This document shows, piece after piece, positions 30,783 through 40,225 of a stretch of DNA of 64,000 nt. The stretch's first letter is position 1. Every line of letters starts with the position of its first letter. Source of the stretch: an uncultured bacterium (GTDB lineage Bacteria > Babelota > Babeliae > Babelales > Babelaceae); assembly GCA_963722385.1 (NCBI GenBank), contig CAVRKK010000002.1, positions 1,120,001 to 1,184,000 on the forward strand. Direction: 5' to 3'. Position numbers and translations under genes: made by a program. The notes under the pieces were generated by a model that worked only from the letters and a program-made list of their open reading frames with translations, did not search any database and was not told where the DNA came from.

Positions 30783-32322
30783 GTTGTTCGTCGCTCTTAA
30801 GAATTTTTTTATCGACTTTGCCGGTTGCAGTTATAGGAAGGGCGTCCCGTATGATGAACTCCCGCGGTATTTCATAGGTTGCCAGGTGATCTTCGCATAT
30901 TTTTCTCAGCTCTTCCTCAAGGTGCTCAAAAGGCTTTCGCGCCGCGATATAGGCTATGGGTACCTCTTCTGAATCACGCAAGCGGCCAATGACGGCTGCA
31001 GCAAGAACTTGCGGGTGTGCCATAAGTACGTTTTCAAGTTCCTGCGGGTAAACCTTAACCCCCTTTGTCTTGATGAGTTCTTTTTCACGACCAGAGAGCA
31101 CAAGCTTTCCTGTTCGCGTTACTAATGCTAAGTCTCCCGTATTTAACCAACCATCTACCAAGACCGAATTTGTCATATCAGGTGCGTTATAATAGCCAAG
31201 CATGATATTTTCTCCCTTGACCCAGAGAGTGCCGATGGTACCGGTGGGTAAGAGCATATTATTTTCATCCCGTATTTGGTATTCGATCCCGATAAGTGGC
31301 TCGCCTACGGTATCGGGAGGCCTGATCCTATCATCAAGCTCTATGGAAATGAAAGGAGCGGTTTCCGTAAGCCCGTAACCATTGCAGATCTTACGACGAT
31401 AAATAAGTTCAAAATGCATGCGTATCTTGTCGGGAAGCAAGTCGCCACCTGAAATGAAGTACCTGACATGGTTAAAGCGAACTGTTTTCATGAGGGCAAA
31501 AAGGCCATATAGTTGGGGGATCCCCAAAATAACCGTTGGTTCATAGGCAAGGGCTTGGATGAGAGACCGGCGCTCAATTTTGGGAACAACGATTGAGGTG
31601 ATGCCAAACATGGTGGAAAACCAGATACAGATATTTTGCGTATAGCTGTGAAAAAGTGGCAGGGCGGCCAACAACCTATCGCCCCGCTTGGCCATCATGC
31701 GCGCTGATCCTTGAATACAGTTAATAATTATGTTGTGAGAGCTGAGCATTACGCCCTTCGGCGTGCCTGTTGTTCCCGATGTATATAAGATAGTGCACAG
31801 AGCATCAGCGCTGCGCGAAACGAGCTTAACATCAGGAACATCAGCATGTTGTTGAATGGTATCAAGGTTTGATTCGGTAAAAAAGGCGGGAATAGTGTGC
31901 TCATATTCGGCGACCTTGTGCGCCAGCTCGCGAGAAACAATAAGCCCCTGCGGGCGCGCATTGGCAATAATGAGAGCGAGTTCTTTTGGGTGGAGCAAGG
32001 TGTTGACCGGAGCAACAATTCCGCCAATTTGCCATATCGCGTAATAAGCGACATAGAAATTAATAGAATTTTCATAGAGGAGCATGACGCGGCTATCTTC
32101 CGTAATACCAGCTTTGAGTAAGGCCGCGCTGACGCGCAAAGAGCGATGAAAGAGCTCTTTATAAGTAACCTGTTGGTCTTGGCAAATGACCGCTCTATGC
32201 TCAGGCCACAAGCGTGCCGCACGTTCAAGCAAGAGCCCTGCGTACAGAAGTCGCTTATTGACCAAAAGAGCATTGTAAGATTCTTGATAGCGTTGGTGCT
32301 CTGTCATAGTCTTGTTTTCCAA
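30769..32322 (-). CDS. AMP-binding long-chain acyl-CoA ligase
   Basis: YTSGTTGTPKG, GYGLTE, TGDL, TATGK. Confidence 0.92.
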   Translation of the reverse strand: MENKTMTEHQRYQESYNALLVNKRLLYAGLLLERAARLWPEHRAVICQDQQVTYKELFHRSLRVSAALLKAGITEDSRVMLLYENSINFYVAYYAIWQIGGIVAPVNTLLHPKELALIIANARPQGLIVSRELAHKVAEYEHTIPAFFTESNLDTIQQHADVPDVKLVSRSADALCTILYTSGTTGTPKGVMLSSHNIIINCIQGSARMMAKRGDRLLAALPLFHSYTQNICIWFSTMFGITSIVVPKIERRSLIQALAYEPTVILGIPQLYGLFALMKTVRFNHVRYFISGGDLLPDKIRMHFELIYRRKICNGYGLTETAPFISIELDDRIRPPDTVGEPLIGIEYQIRDENNMLLPTGTIGTLWVKGENIMLGYYNAPDMTNSVLVDGWLNTGDLALVTRTGKLVLSGREKELIKTKGVKVYPQELENVLMAHPQVLAAAVIGRLRDSEEVPIAYIAARKPFEHLEEELRKICEDHLATYEIPREFIIRDALPITATGKVDKKILKSDEQRDEA

Positions 32323-32381
32323 AAAGTTTGATACTTTAGTATACTTTTATTTAACATATCATAAAACGGGTGCTTTAAACT

Positions 32382-33026
32382 ATGGAATGCTTGTCAGGTG
32401 GTTTTCTTATCGCTCTAGAAGGGATTGATGGCTCGGGTAAAAGCACGTTAGCGAGCAATCTTGGGCGCTTGTTGCAAGAAAATGGTATTCCGGTTCTTTT
32501 AACCAAAGAACCGGGTGGAACGCTGCTTGGGGTCGAAGTTCGGCGCATTGTCCAGGGGTCGCCGCATGCGATAAGTCCGATTGCTGAGGCGTTTCTTTTT
32601 GCTGCTGACCGGGCACAGCATATAGCGCAGGTCATTAAGCCAGCGCTCGCGGATGGGCAGGTTGTAATTTCTGATAGGATGGCTGATTCTACCCGTGCAT
32701 ATCAGGGCTTTGGCCGTGGTTTGGACGCTTCTTTTCTAGAATTGGTAATTGCCGGAGCATTAGATGGTGTAGTGCCTGACCTTGTTTTGTATCTTGCGCT
32801 TGATAGCAAAACGGCATTAGGCAGGCTTGCTTCGCGAAGCTTGCGTTTGAGCCGGTTTGAGAAGGAACGTCCTTCTTTTTATGATGATGTTATGAGAGGC
32901 TTTGATACTATATTTGCTCAATGCCCTTATGCGAAAAAGATTGATGCGGGCGGTTCGCCTGATGATATAGCCCGGCAAGCTTATGAGCAGGTGCTTGATG
33001 CGCTTAAGAAAAAAAATTTAGTATAA
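32382..33026 (+). CDS. tmk: Thymidylate kinase
   Basis: EGIDGSGKST, EPGG, ADRAQH, SDR...S..AYQG. Confidence 0.96.
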   Translation: MECLSGGFLIALEGIDGSGKSTLASNLGRLLQENGIPVLLTKEPGGTLLGVEVRRIVQGSPHAISPIAEAFLFAADRAQHIAQVIKPALADGQVVISDRMADSTRAYQGFGRGLDASFLELVIAGALDGVVPDLVLYLALDSKTALGRLASRSLRLSRFEKERPSFYDDVMRGFDTIFAQCPYAKKIDAGGSPDDIARQAYEQVLDALKKKNLV

Positions 33027-33036
33027 AGGTAGGTAT

Positions 33037-33771
33037 ATGAGTAACCTGGATCATCCAGCGTGTCTTGTAGTAGGGCCACGCTCTGCAGCAATTCGCCAGG
33101 TCGAAGAGGATCTGAAAAAAATCTGGTGTCCCGAGCAGGGCTGTCGGCGCTGTTCGGTGTGTTTGGGAGTAGCAGCGCGTCAGTATTATTTACTGCATTG
33201 GATGGTGCCCGGCAAGCAGGCCTATACGATGGCCCAAGTTCATGAAGTTTTACAGGTACTTTCTTTTTTGCTTGATGAACATGAGCAATGTTATTTTGTT
33301 TTTGAGTGTGCTGAGTTGTTATCATTCAATTCAGCACCGGCGCTGCTCAAGGCGCTTGAGGAGCCGCCCCCTGGGTATCATTTTGTGCTTTTGACCGAGT
33401 CGGTTGAGGTGCTTTTGCCGACCATCGTTTCGCGTTGTGTTGTGCAGCAGGTTTTTGGGGAGCATGAGTTGGGCCAGTGGGATGCGTTTCTTGCATTTTT
33501 TTGCGCTCGCCAGCGGTCCGATTTAAAAGCATTTGAGCGGGAGTGTGAGCGCGGATCGCCTGCTGAATATGAGGCGCGTAAGTTCGTGGAAGTGATTATG
33601 GCCTACTGGCATGGGAAGAGCCGGGTCTTTGTTGGCGTTGGGGATGAGCAGCGTGCTGTTTATGCGCGGCAGCGTTTGGAGATATTGCAGGAGGCGCTTG
33701 GGGTTTTGCCAATGCCCGGTAGCGCGAAGCTGTTTTGGCGCACGCTGTTCTTAAAGATGGTCTTTCTTTAG
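33037..33771 (+). CDS. holB: DNA polymerase III delta' subunit-like
   Basis: Cys cluster, ALLKALEEPP, LLPTIVSRC; follows tmk. Confidence 0.8.
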   Translation: MSNLDHPACLVVGPRSAAIRQVEEDLKKIWCPEQGCRRCSVCLGVAARQYYLLHWMVPGKQAYTMAQVHEVLQVLSFLLDEHEQCYFVFECAELLSFNSAPALLKALEEPPPGYHFVLLTESVEVLLPTIVSRCVVQQVFGEHELGQWDAFLAFFCARQRSDLKAFERECERGSPAEYEARKFVEVIMAYWHGKSRVFVGVGDEQRAVYARQRLEILQEALGVLPMPGSAKLFWRTLFLKMVFL

Positions 33772-33815
33772 TTTGCTGAATCAAGTCGTCTGCTTGACCA
33801 GCGTTTAGAATCGAA

Positions 33816-34136
33816 TCGCCTGCGCGGCTGGCGCCAAAGGGGGTTACCCCCTTTGGGATCCCGTAGCGTTGTGCTTACCGGCTTGGTGAGTAGTTATCGT
33901 CCGCAAAAGCGTACGATAACTTACGCCGTTATCATGTCGCTGCACTCCATGATAAAAATTTAATATCGCTTGTCTATTTTCCGTCAGGAAAATTGCGGTA
34001 GCCATAATCATGCGCCCCGCATGGTTACGGCATTGAAAGAGAAAAAGACAGAGCAATTGAGCAAAAATAACCAAGCAATGGGTGCAGGGCCGCCGCCCTG
34101 CTGCCCGCCGCACAGGCGCGCCAGCCGCGTAGGCGA
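33816..34136. repeat. Structured non-coding repeat, copy 1
   Basis: 19-bp closing inverted repeat (33816-33834/34118-34136), internal hairpins, inverted homolog at 36385-36780. Confidence 0.85.
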
Positions 34137-34272
34137 CATTATAGCTTTCAAGTGCAAATTAATAAAACTCGGGCTAATTAATCATATAAAAAAGCAAATT
34201 TGCCAAAAATAGCTAACTGTGCTACGGTGTAAAAAGTTAGATAACCGTTATACTGATGACGAAGGAAATACT

Positions 34273-34854
34273 ATGAAAAAAATTATTGGCGCAATTATAG
34301 CGCTTGCGCTTGCCAGCGCTGATAGCTTACAAGCTCGCTGGGTTACCTTTATTAATCACAGCTCAGACCGCTTGGGTCTCGTGACCCTTAATAAGCCATT
34401 TAAGAGAGCCCACGTGCCTTCAGTGTCGCTTACGTGGCTTGAGCCTGGCGAGGAGATGGAGTATAATACACGCGGAAGGCTGGTTGGTTGGTACCAACGA
34501 GGTATGCCGGTCAATTATACGGTGCTTGGCGATTATGATCGAATTATTGGGTTTGTTGAGCACGCTGGCGAAATAAAATCGCTCCATGGTGCACCGCGCG
34601 AAAGATTCTTTTCGAATGACAATTATAATCCTCTTATGATCGAGACTAAAAACCCGAATTCTGGCGCCCAGGATTGCCGCGACTGCGCCGAAAATTGCTA
34701 CGATCGTTGGGGTAGCGTTGCTCATTGCTCCTGCCTTGATTGGTGCTGGGACAAAACGCAAGATATGAAATGGATACTCAACCCGGGAAGAAGTATCGAC
34801 GTCATCGTTGCTTCAGGAGCTAAGCTCGGTTTGTCAGAACTGTATTATGAATAA
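34273..34854 (+). CDS. Secreted hypothetical protein with Cys-rich segment
   Basis: Signal peptide MKKIIGAIIALALASA; CRDCAENC..HCSC..WC. Confidence 0.7.
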   Translation: MKKIIGAIIALALASADSLQARWVTFINHSSDRLGLVTLNKPFKRAHVPSVSLTWLEPGEEMEYNTRGRLVGWYQRGMPVNYTVLGDYDRIIGFVEHAGEIKSLHGAPRERFFSNDNYNPLMIETKNPNSGAQDCRDCAENCYDRWGSVAHCSCLDWCWDKTQDMKWILNPGRSIDVIVASGAKLGLSELYYE

Positions 34855-34859
34855 ATTAG

Positions 34860-35339
34860 GTGATAAAATCGTTAAAAAGGAAAGTAGTTTTTAGCGTGAC
34901 AAAATTGGTCAAAGAGGTACTGAAGAGCATTTTTGAATCATATGATGACTGGCGGTTTAAGCTCCTTAAAAATTGGGACGTTTGTATCGGGCCTGTATCA
35001 GCACACGTGCGCCTTGAGCGAATTTGTCAGGACGTTCTGGTGTTAGGGGTATATGACCGTATTTGGATGCATGAGTTATATGCGCTTTCTTATAGCATGG
35101 TAGCTTCGATTAATGAGGCTCTAGGCGGCGCGTACATACGTGAGCTTAAATTTTGCTTGGTCGAACGGTCACGGGTACGCCATCATGTCATGCACTCTAC
35201 CCCGTTACAAAGAACCACGAGAGAGCGGCAGCTTGCTTCTAACGAACGTAAGGCGCTCGATCGTATTAGCGACCCTCAGCTCAAAGAAGTTCTTCATGCT
35301 TTTCTCATGAGAATTTCGGAGACAGCTCATGGACAATAA
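34860..35339 (+). CDS. DciA/DUF721-like protein
   Basis: W...IG.....H......L..GV....W..EL pattern. Confidence 0.6.
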   Translation: MIKSLKRKVVFSVTKLVKEVLKSIFESYDDWRFKLLKNWDVCIGPVSAHVRLERICQDVLVLGVYDRIWMHELYALSYSMVASINEALGGAYIRELKFCLVERSRVRHHVMHSTPLQRTTRERQLASNERKALDRISDPQLKEVLHAFLMRISETAHGQ

Positions 35340-36381
35340 GCAACAACCTATCTGCCTCGTAGCTGGCTTGTCGGGAGGACATCTCTTGCCGGTCTTTGCT
35401 TTAGCAACAGCGATGCGTAAGGATGGCACTGTACCAGTTATTCTTTTTTCTGCAACGACCGCTCTTGACCATACCATTGTCAAGCATATTGGTGGTATTG
35501 ATACGCACTATACGCTTGGCATTAATCGGTTGTGTGCTCGGCGTTGGTATACCTACCCTTTCGCTTTATTAGCGCTAGCCAAGGACTTTGCGCAAAGCTG
35601 GTGGCGACTTCGAAAGGTACATGCTCAATGTATCATCACGACGGGCGGGCTTATTGCTGTTCCCGTTTGCTTGGCGGGGTGGCTTTTGGGTATCCCGATA
35701 ACCGTTTACGAGCTCAACGCCCTGCCGGGGCGTGCCGTATCATTTCTTGCTGGCTTCGCGATGCGCCTTTGTATATGTTTTGAAAGCGCTCGCATGCACT
35801 TCAGCTCGGCAAACCAAGAAAAGATTGTCCACGTGGATTACCCGATTAGATTTAGTACTGCCGACAAGCTTACCAGCCTGCAAGCACGAACACAGCTTGG
35901 TTTAGCGCCTACGGCTAAAATTTTGCTTATTGTGGGTGGCTCGCAAGGCTCCCAATTTCTTAATGCTGTCGCTCAAGCGTATCTTCGCTATCGCATGCTT
36001 ATGCTCGCCGAGAGTGACCAGAAGCTTATTGTTTTTCATCAAGCCGGCCAGGCGCAGCAAGAAGAAGTTGAGCAGTTTTACAAAAATTATGGTATTGCGG
36101 CCACCGTATTTTCGTATAAGGCCGATATAGCGGTCTATTATGCTGCTGCTGATGTGGTCATAGCCCGAGCTGGTGCAGGCACCGTGTTCGAGCTCGCATT
36201 TTTTGACAAGAAATCGATTATTATCCCGCTTGAAGGCGCCGCGGCGGGGCATCAAGTACATAATGCTCTTGCAATTGCCGCGCAGTACCCGCATTTATTT
36301 ACCGTCTATCGCCAAGAAAGTATCGAGAAAAGTCCAAGTGAGCTCTATAGCTATCTCGATAGCCTGCTATCGCCGGCGTGA
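35329..36381 (+). CDS. murG: Undecaprenyl-PP-MurNAc-pentapeptide GlcNAc transferase
   Basis: SGGHLLP, TGG....P, E.NA.PG, GGSQGS, RAGA.T..E, HQ..NA. Confidence 0.92.
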   Translation: MDNKQQPICLVAGLSGGHLLPVFALATAMRKDGTVPVILFSATTALDHTIVKHIGGIDTHYTLGINRLCARRWYTYPFALLALAKDFAQSWWRLRKVHAQCIITTGGLIAVPVCLAGWLLGIPITVYELNALPGRAVSFLAGFAMRLCICFESARMHFSSANQEKIVHVDYPIRFSTADKLTSLQARTQLGLAPTAKILLIVGGSQGSQFLNAVAQAYLRYRMLMLAESDQKLIVFHQAGQAQQEEVEQFYKNYGIAATVFSYKADIAVYYAAADVVIARAGAGTVFELAFFDKKSIIIPLEGAAAGHQVHNALAIAAQYPHLFTVYRQESIEKSPSELYSYLDSLLSPA

Positions 36382-36384
36382 GCG

Positions 36385-36780
36385 GCCTTCGCGGCCAGCG
36401 CGCCTGTGCGGCGAGCACACTTACGCAGTGGGCGGCAGAAGCCAGCTTCTGCACTTGTTACCTTTATCATCGTTGCTTCAGATGTTTATTTTTGATTTAG
36501 GTAAATGCCGATAACCATGCGGGGCGCATGATTATGACTACCGCAATTTTCCTGACGGAAAATAGACAAGCGATATTAAATTTTATCATGGAGCGCAGCG
36601 ACATGATAATGGCGTAAGTTATCGTACGCTTTGGCGTATGATAACTACACAGACCAAGCTTATAAGCACAACGCTACGGGATCCCAAAGGACATAGCGAT
36701 GCGGAGTAGCGCAACGCTTGTCCGTAGCGGCTTTTTGTAAAGAAAGCGATCAGCGGAGGCGGGCGCTAGCCGCGCCCGCC
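36385..36780. repeat. Structured non-coding repeat, copy 2 (inverted relative to copy 1)
   Basis: Core 36505-36690 is the near-identical reverse complement of about 33850-34033; closing stem 36390-36401/36763-36774. Confidence 0.85.
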
Positions 36781-36989
36781 TTGTAGGCACTTAAGGTTCC
36801 GCGGAGCAAGCGATTCAGCTTTCTAGCGTTATTTCGGGTTACAGGATTGGCCAGCGCAGAAAATTACATAGTAATTGCCGCTGCCCATACGTCCTGGAAC
36901 TTTTCCGCCTTGCCAATTAAGTGGCCAATAGCGGTTGACTTAATCATGACGCTGCCAGCCGGTAATTCAAATTCTTCAAGGCAATTAGA

Positions 36990-37331
36990 TTACAGTTTGA
37001 GGCCGCAGGACCTGCCATTGCAAAAGGTTACTTGGTTCCTTGTTCCAGGAATGTCGTAGCTACCAATAGCATTGCTAAAGATTGTCCAAAGAGGACCTAT
37101 ACCACGTTTACCCGTTTGCATGCCTATATGTGTGCTAACAACGTCAAAAGTATTTCTGTCACAGTCAACAACTGGTCCAAATTCAGTTAGCTTGTATGAG
37201 CAGGTTTTGTCAGAAAGCTCCAGCTCTTTGCTTGCCTGGGACGTGTCAATAGGAAGCTTAGTTAATTGCGCCGAACAACCGAGGAATGATCCCAAGGCAA
37301 CTACCAATAAACTTAAGGTTAAATATTTCAT
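36990..37331 (-). CDS. Small secreted protein or lipoprotein, paralog of 37367-37708
   Basis: Signal with FLGC; shared P.DT..E..D..C.Y..G..V.C..F.V.S. Confidence 0.6.
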   Translation of the reverse strand: MKYLTLSLLVVALGSFLGCSAQLTKLPIDTSQASKELELSDKTCSYKLTEFGPVVDCDRNTFDVVSTHIGMQTGKRGIGPLWTIFSNAIGSYDIPGTRNQVTFCNGRSCGLKL

Positions 37332-37366
37332 ATACGTCTCTTTGATTATAATTAAAGGTTTTTTAC

Positions 37367-37708
37367 TTATTGAGCCATGACAAGGGTTAGTGTATTCACT
37401 ATTGTGCCATCAGGGGCTACTGTTGATGATGGAAATTTGCCTACGTAATTTGGGCTTCCTTTCAATGTCGATGCTCTGGTAGGGACAACAGTTTTTGAAG
37501 TAACGTTAAAAAAGGGTCTGTGATACTCACACGTTACCGAGCTGCTTGCTGTTGTTCCTAAAATACTTACGTTATAAGTACACGAATCATTGGCTTCTAT
37601 ACCCACTCTGTTATTTCTTGTGTCAAGTGGTGTGCTAAAATTAGCACCTAAACTTATTTGCCCTGATACTAGTAGAGCTAATACAACGAAATTTCTAACT
37701 TTTACCAT
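37367..37708 (-). CDS. Small secreted protein, paralog of 36990-37331
   Basis: AGGAG RBS, signal peptide MVKVRNFVVLALLVSGQISLG. Confidence 0.6.
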   Translation of the reverse strand: MVKVRNFVVLALLVSGQISLGANFSTPLDTRNNRVGIEANDSCTYNVSILGTTASSSVTCEYHRPFFNVTSKTVVPTRASTLKGSPNYVGKFPSSTVAPDGTIVNTLTLVMAQ

Positions 37709-37860
37709 ATTCTTTCTCCTTTTCTTATTTAAGTTCACTCTAGCAGGATTTATTTTAAATTGTCAATATTTAAGTAAAAAGCGCTCAATAATTCTACGAT
37801 AGAAATATTAACGATATCGTCAGCTCGTTAAATACTTTACGAGATAGGTGATCAAGGCAT

Positions 37861-39753
37861 TTAACTCGGCCAATTTTTAGGTGTGCCAGCCAAATACACA
37901 TTGGAGCCTGGCTGCATCAAAAGAGGAGGCGTTGATAAGCTGATGGGGCCGAGCAAAATTAAATAAAGAGCTTGAAGTCCTGCTTGACTAAAAATTCTTT
38001 GGGAAGGCGCGGCATTAGGGTTATTGAAAAGCGTTGGTGCGCCTTTTGCACGGAGATAGGCAGACAGGTCGGGCACCAGGCTCTCAAGCTTTGTGGCAAA
38101 GGGTGCTAGGTTGTCCAAGGTGATAGCCTGAAGAGGAATCGTTTTTTTGTTTGCAGAAAATGTAGCCAGCCAGCCGACAATATTCTGCTGAAATTCAGCC
38201 GTTGCTTGCGCACTTTTTTCTTGCTTGGTCCCTTTAAATGCATCGGGTGCTAAGTGCGCCGTTACGATGCTGGCAAATGTGGCATCCGCCTTGAGTATTG
38301 CTGGTGAAATTTGGTAAAAGCGTGGTGTTAGCTGCCCGCCACCATAGGCCAGAAAGGTGTCGGTTAAGAGCAGCGTACCAGTTATGCCTGATATAGGCTC
38401 AGTAATAATAGCATTGGTGGGCGCTTGCATTGCCTTGTGAACAGCAATCGCTATATCCTCGGTGCTCATCGTTGCCGGGTTTTTAATCGACGTTTTTACG
38501 ATTGTCTGTACCAGATTGGGGTTTTTTATAACGTTCGAAAGAAATGTACGAGCTTTTGCTTGATTGTCCGTGCCTACTAAAAACAAATACAGCTGGGCAG
38601 CTTTCTGGCTTGCCGGTGGCCGTAAGATCGCAAACGAACTTACTGCACCTGATGGTAGCTCCTGTTGAAGCAGGTAATCTTTGACCGCATAAGCAGCCCA
38701 GAGCTGTCCCGGTAACGCGAGTGGTATCAGAGAAGGGTCTGGCTTGCCATTTTTGCTGAGCTCCTCAAGGTACTGCTGTGGCGAGGTATTCCAGACCTTG
38801 CATATCACCGGGTTAATGTCACGGACTTTGGCAAGTTGCGCAGGAGCCTCAGATGCAGCAACGTCGCGGACACCTATTTGGTTATGATTGCCCATGTTAA
38901 AACCTTGGATGCCAATAGCGAGACTGTCCCTATCCTTGCCTACAATTTCGTAGGTATAGGTCAACGGGACGAGAGATTCTTTTTTGGTCGTACGGTCATG
39001 GTAAATTTGACCGAGGCCTTTTGAGCTAATCGGTATCTTCACCGTGTTATTTGGCAAAATAAAGCTAAAAATGCTGTTGGGGCCGCGTATCGAGTTTGAC
39101 TGCATTGTGTCAGAGCTTAGTAAGCTAAAGGAATCTGCCTCAAGAATTGCTTTGAATGATTGGGTATTTTTGGTAAAGCCGAGAGAGATATCATATGCCG
39201 TGTTGTTAAAAAAAACGCCCTCAAAATCAGTCGATTGCGTATAGGGACCACCGTACCAGCCAGGGCCCATGAATTCACCTTCGTAGTTGCCATCGAGCAC
39301 ATAGCCATGATAGAAGTATTTATTTTTGTCGGTTTTTGATATATCAACCGGATGATTAAAAAATTGCTTGGTTGGTACCTGCCTACCCATAATGGATTGC
39401 GCACCAACAAGCTTAAGACGAATAATTGCATGGCAAACATTTAAGTTGGTAAAGGGGGCGTATTGATACGGCTGGATATTTTGCGAGGTCGTGGTTTTAG
39501 AATTAAACTTCGCTCCCTGTACTTGTACAATGCTTTGAACATCAACGTTTATTTCCTGAGGAATATCATTCCAAACTTCCATATTGTAATCGTAATCTGA
39601 AGGACAGTAGCCGAAGCTCACGGCAAATTGCTCTGGCAGTCCCTTCATGCTTGACAAGGCACTATTTATATCAGAAGAGACCTCATTTGCAAACAGAGGT
39701 GGCCAAAGAGCCAGCAAAGATGCTAGAAGCGCAAGGATCCAGGGAGCTCGCAT
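37861..39753 (-). CDS. Secreted hypothetical protein
   Basis: 630-aa ORF with signal peptide; no recognised domain. Confidence 0.7.
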   Translation of the reverse strand: MRAPWILALLASLLALWPPLFANEVSSDINSALSSMKGLPEQFAVSFGYCPSDYDYNMEVWNDIPQEINVDVQSIVQVQGAKFNSKTTTSQNIQPYQYAPFTNLNVCHAIIRLKLVGAQSIMGRQVPTKQFFNHPVDISKTDKNKYFYHGYVLDGNYEGEFMGPGWYGGPYTQSTDFEGVFFNNTAYDISLGFTKNTQSFKAILEADSFSLLSSDTMQSNSIRGPNSIFSFILPNNTVKIPISSKGLGQIYHDRTTKKESLVPLTYTYEIVGKDRDSLAIGIQGFNMGNHNQIGVRDVAASEAPAQLAKVRDINPVICKVWNTSPQQYLEELSKNGKPDPSLIPLALPGQLWAAYAVKDYLLQQELPSGAVSSFAILRPPASQKAAQLYLFLVGTDNQAKARTFLSNVIKNPNLVQTIVKTSIKNPATMSTEDIAIAVHKAMQAPTNAIITEPISGITGTLLLTDTFLAYGGGQLTPRFYQISPAILKADATFASIVTAHLAPDAFKGTKQEKSAQATAEFQQNIVGWLATFSANKKTIPLQAITLDNLAPFATKLESLVPDLSAYLRAKGAPTLFNNPNAAPSQRIFSQAGLQALYLILLGPISLSTPPLLMQPGSNVYLAGTPKNWPS

Positions 39754-39966
39754 ATCTTTTTCCTTACCCGTAAAGCTTTTGCTTACTCTAGAAAATTAGG
39801 GTTGCTCGATGCAATAGTAGGGCTCTTTAGCTAACTTCCTCAAATATTATGGCACAGTTCATAAGGTGCTTTATTAACATAGAGATGCAAAAATACTAAA
39901 ATAATTCCTAACTTTATAGTAGAATACCAAAGTAGCAAAGTTACTTGCATTTTAAGGGATAGAATA

Positions 39967-40212
39967 GTCAACTAACCAGCGGCCTAAAGGCCGCGGCTTG
40001 TAGAAGCCCGGGTTGACCAGCTTCAGCCGGCGTAGCTCTTGAGCGAAGACGGCTACGTTATAAGGGAGGGCTTAAGATCGCACCTTGGGATGCGTGCCAG
40101 TTCCAAGTTCTGTAACTAAAGGGTTAAACAGACCGAGGGTTTAAGTCAGTGCTTTTTAGATACGCCGCCTTATAACATGAGCGAGGCAAACTTTACCCCC
40201 TTATGGGGAGAT
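39967..40212 (+). ncRNA. omegaRNA/HEARO scaffold (5' guide predicted at about 39947-39966)
   Basis: Conserved blocks GTCAAC..GTTGACCAG, CTACGTT, ACCTTGGGATGCGTGCCAGTTCCAAG, GGTTAAACAG, CAGTGC, AACAT..GCGAGGCAAACTTTACC directly upstream of iscB. Confidence 0.9.
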
Positions 40213-40225
40213 TTTTAGGAGTGTC

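Noticed and set aside
33844..34212. Short ORFs across the structured repeat
   Set aside because: Frames are not preserved in the second copy.
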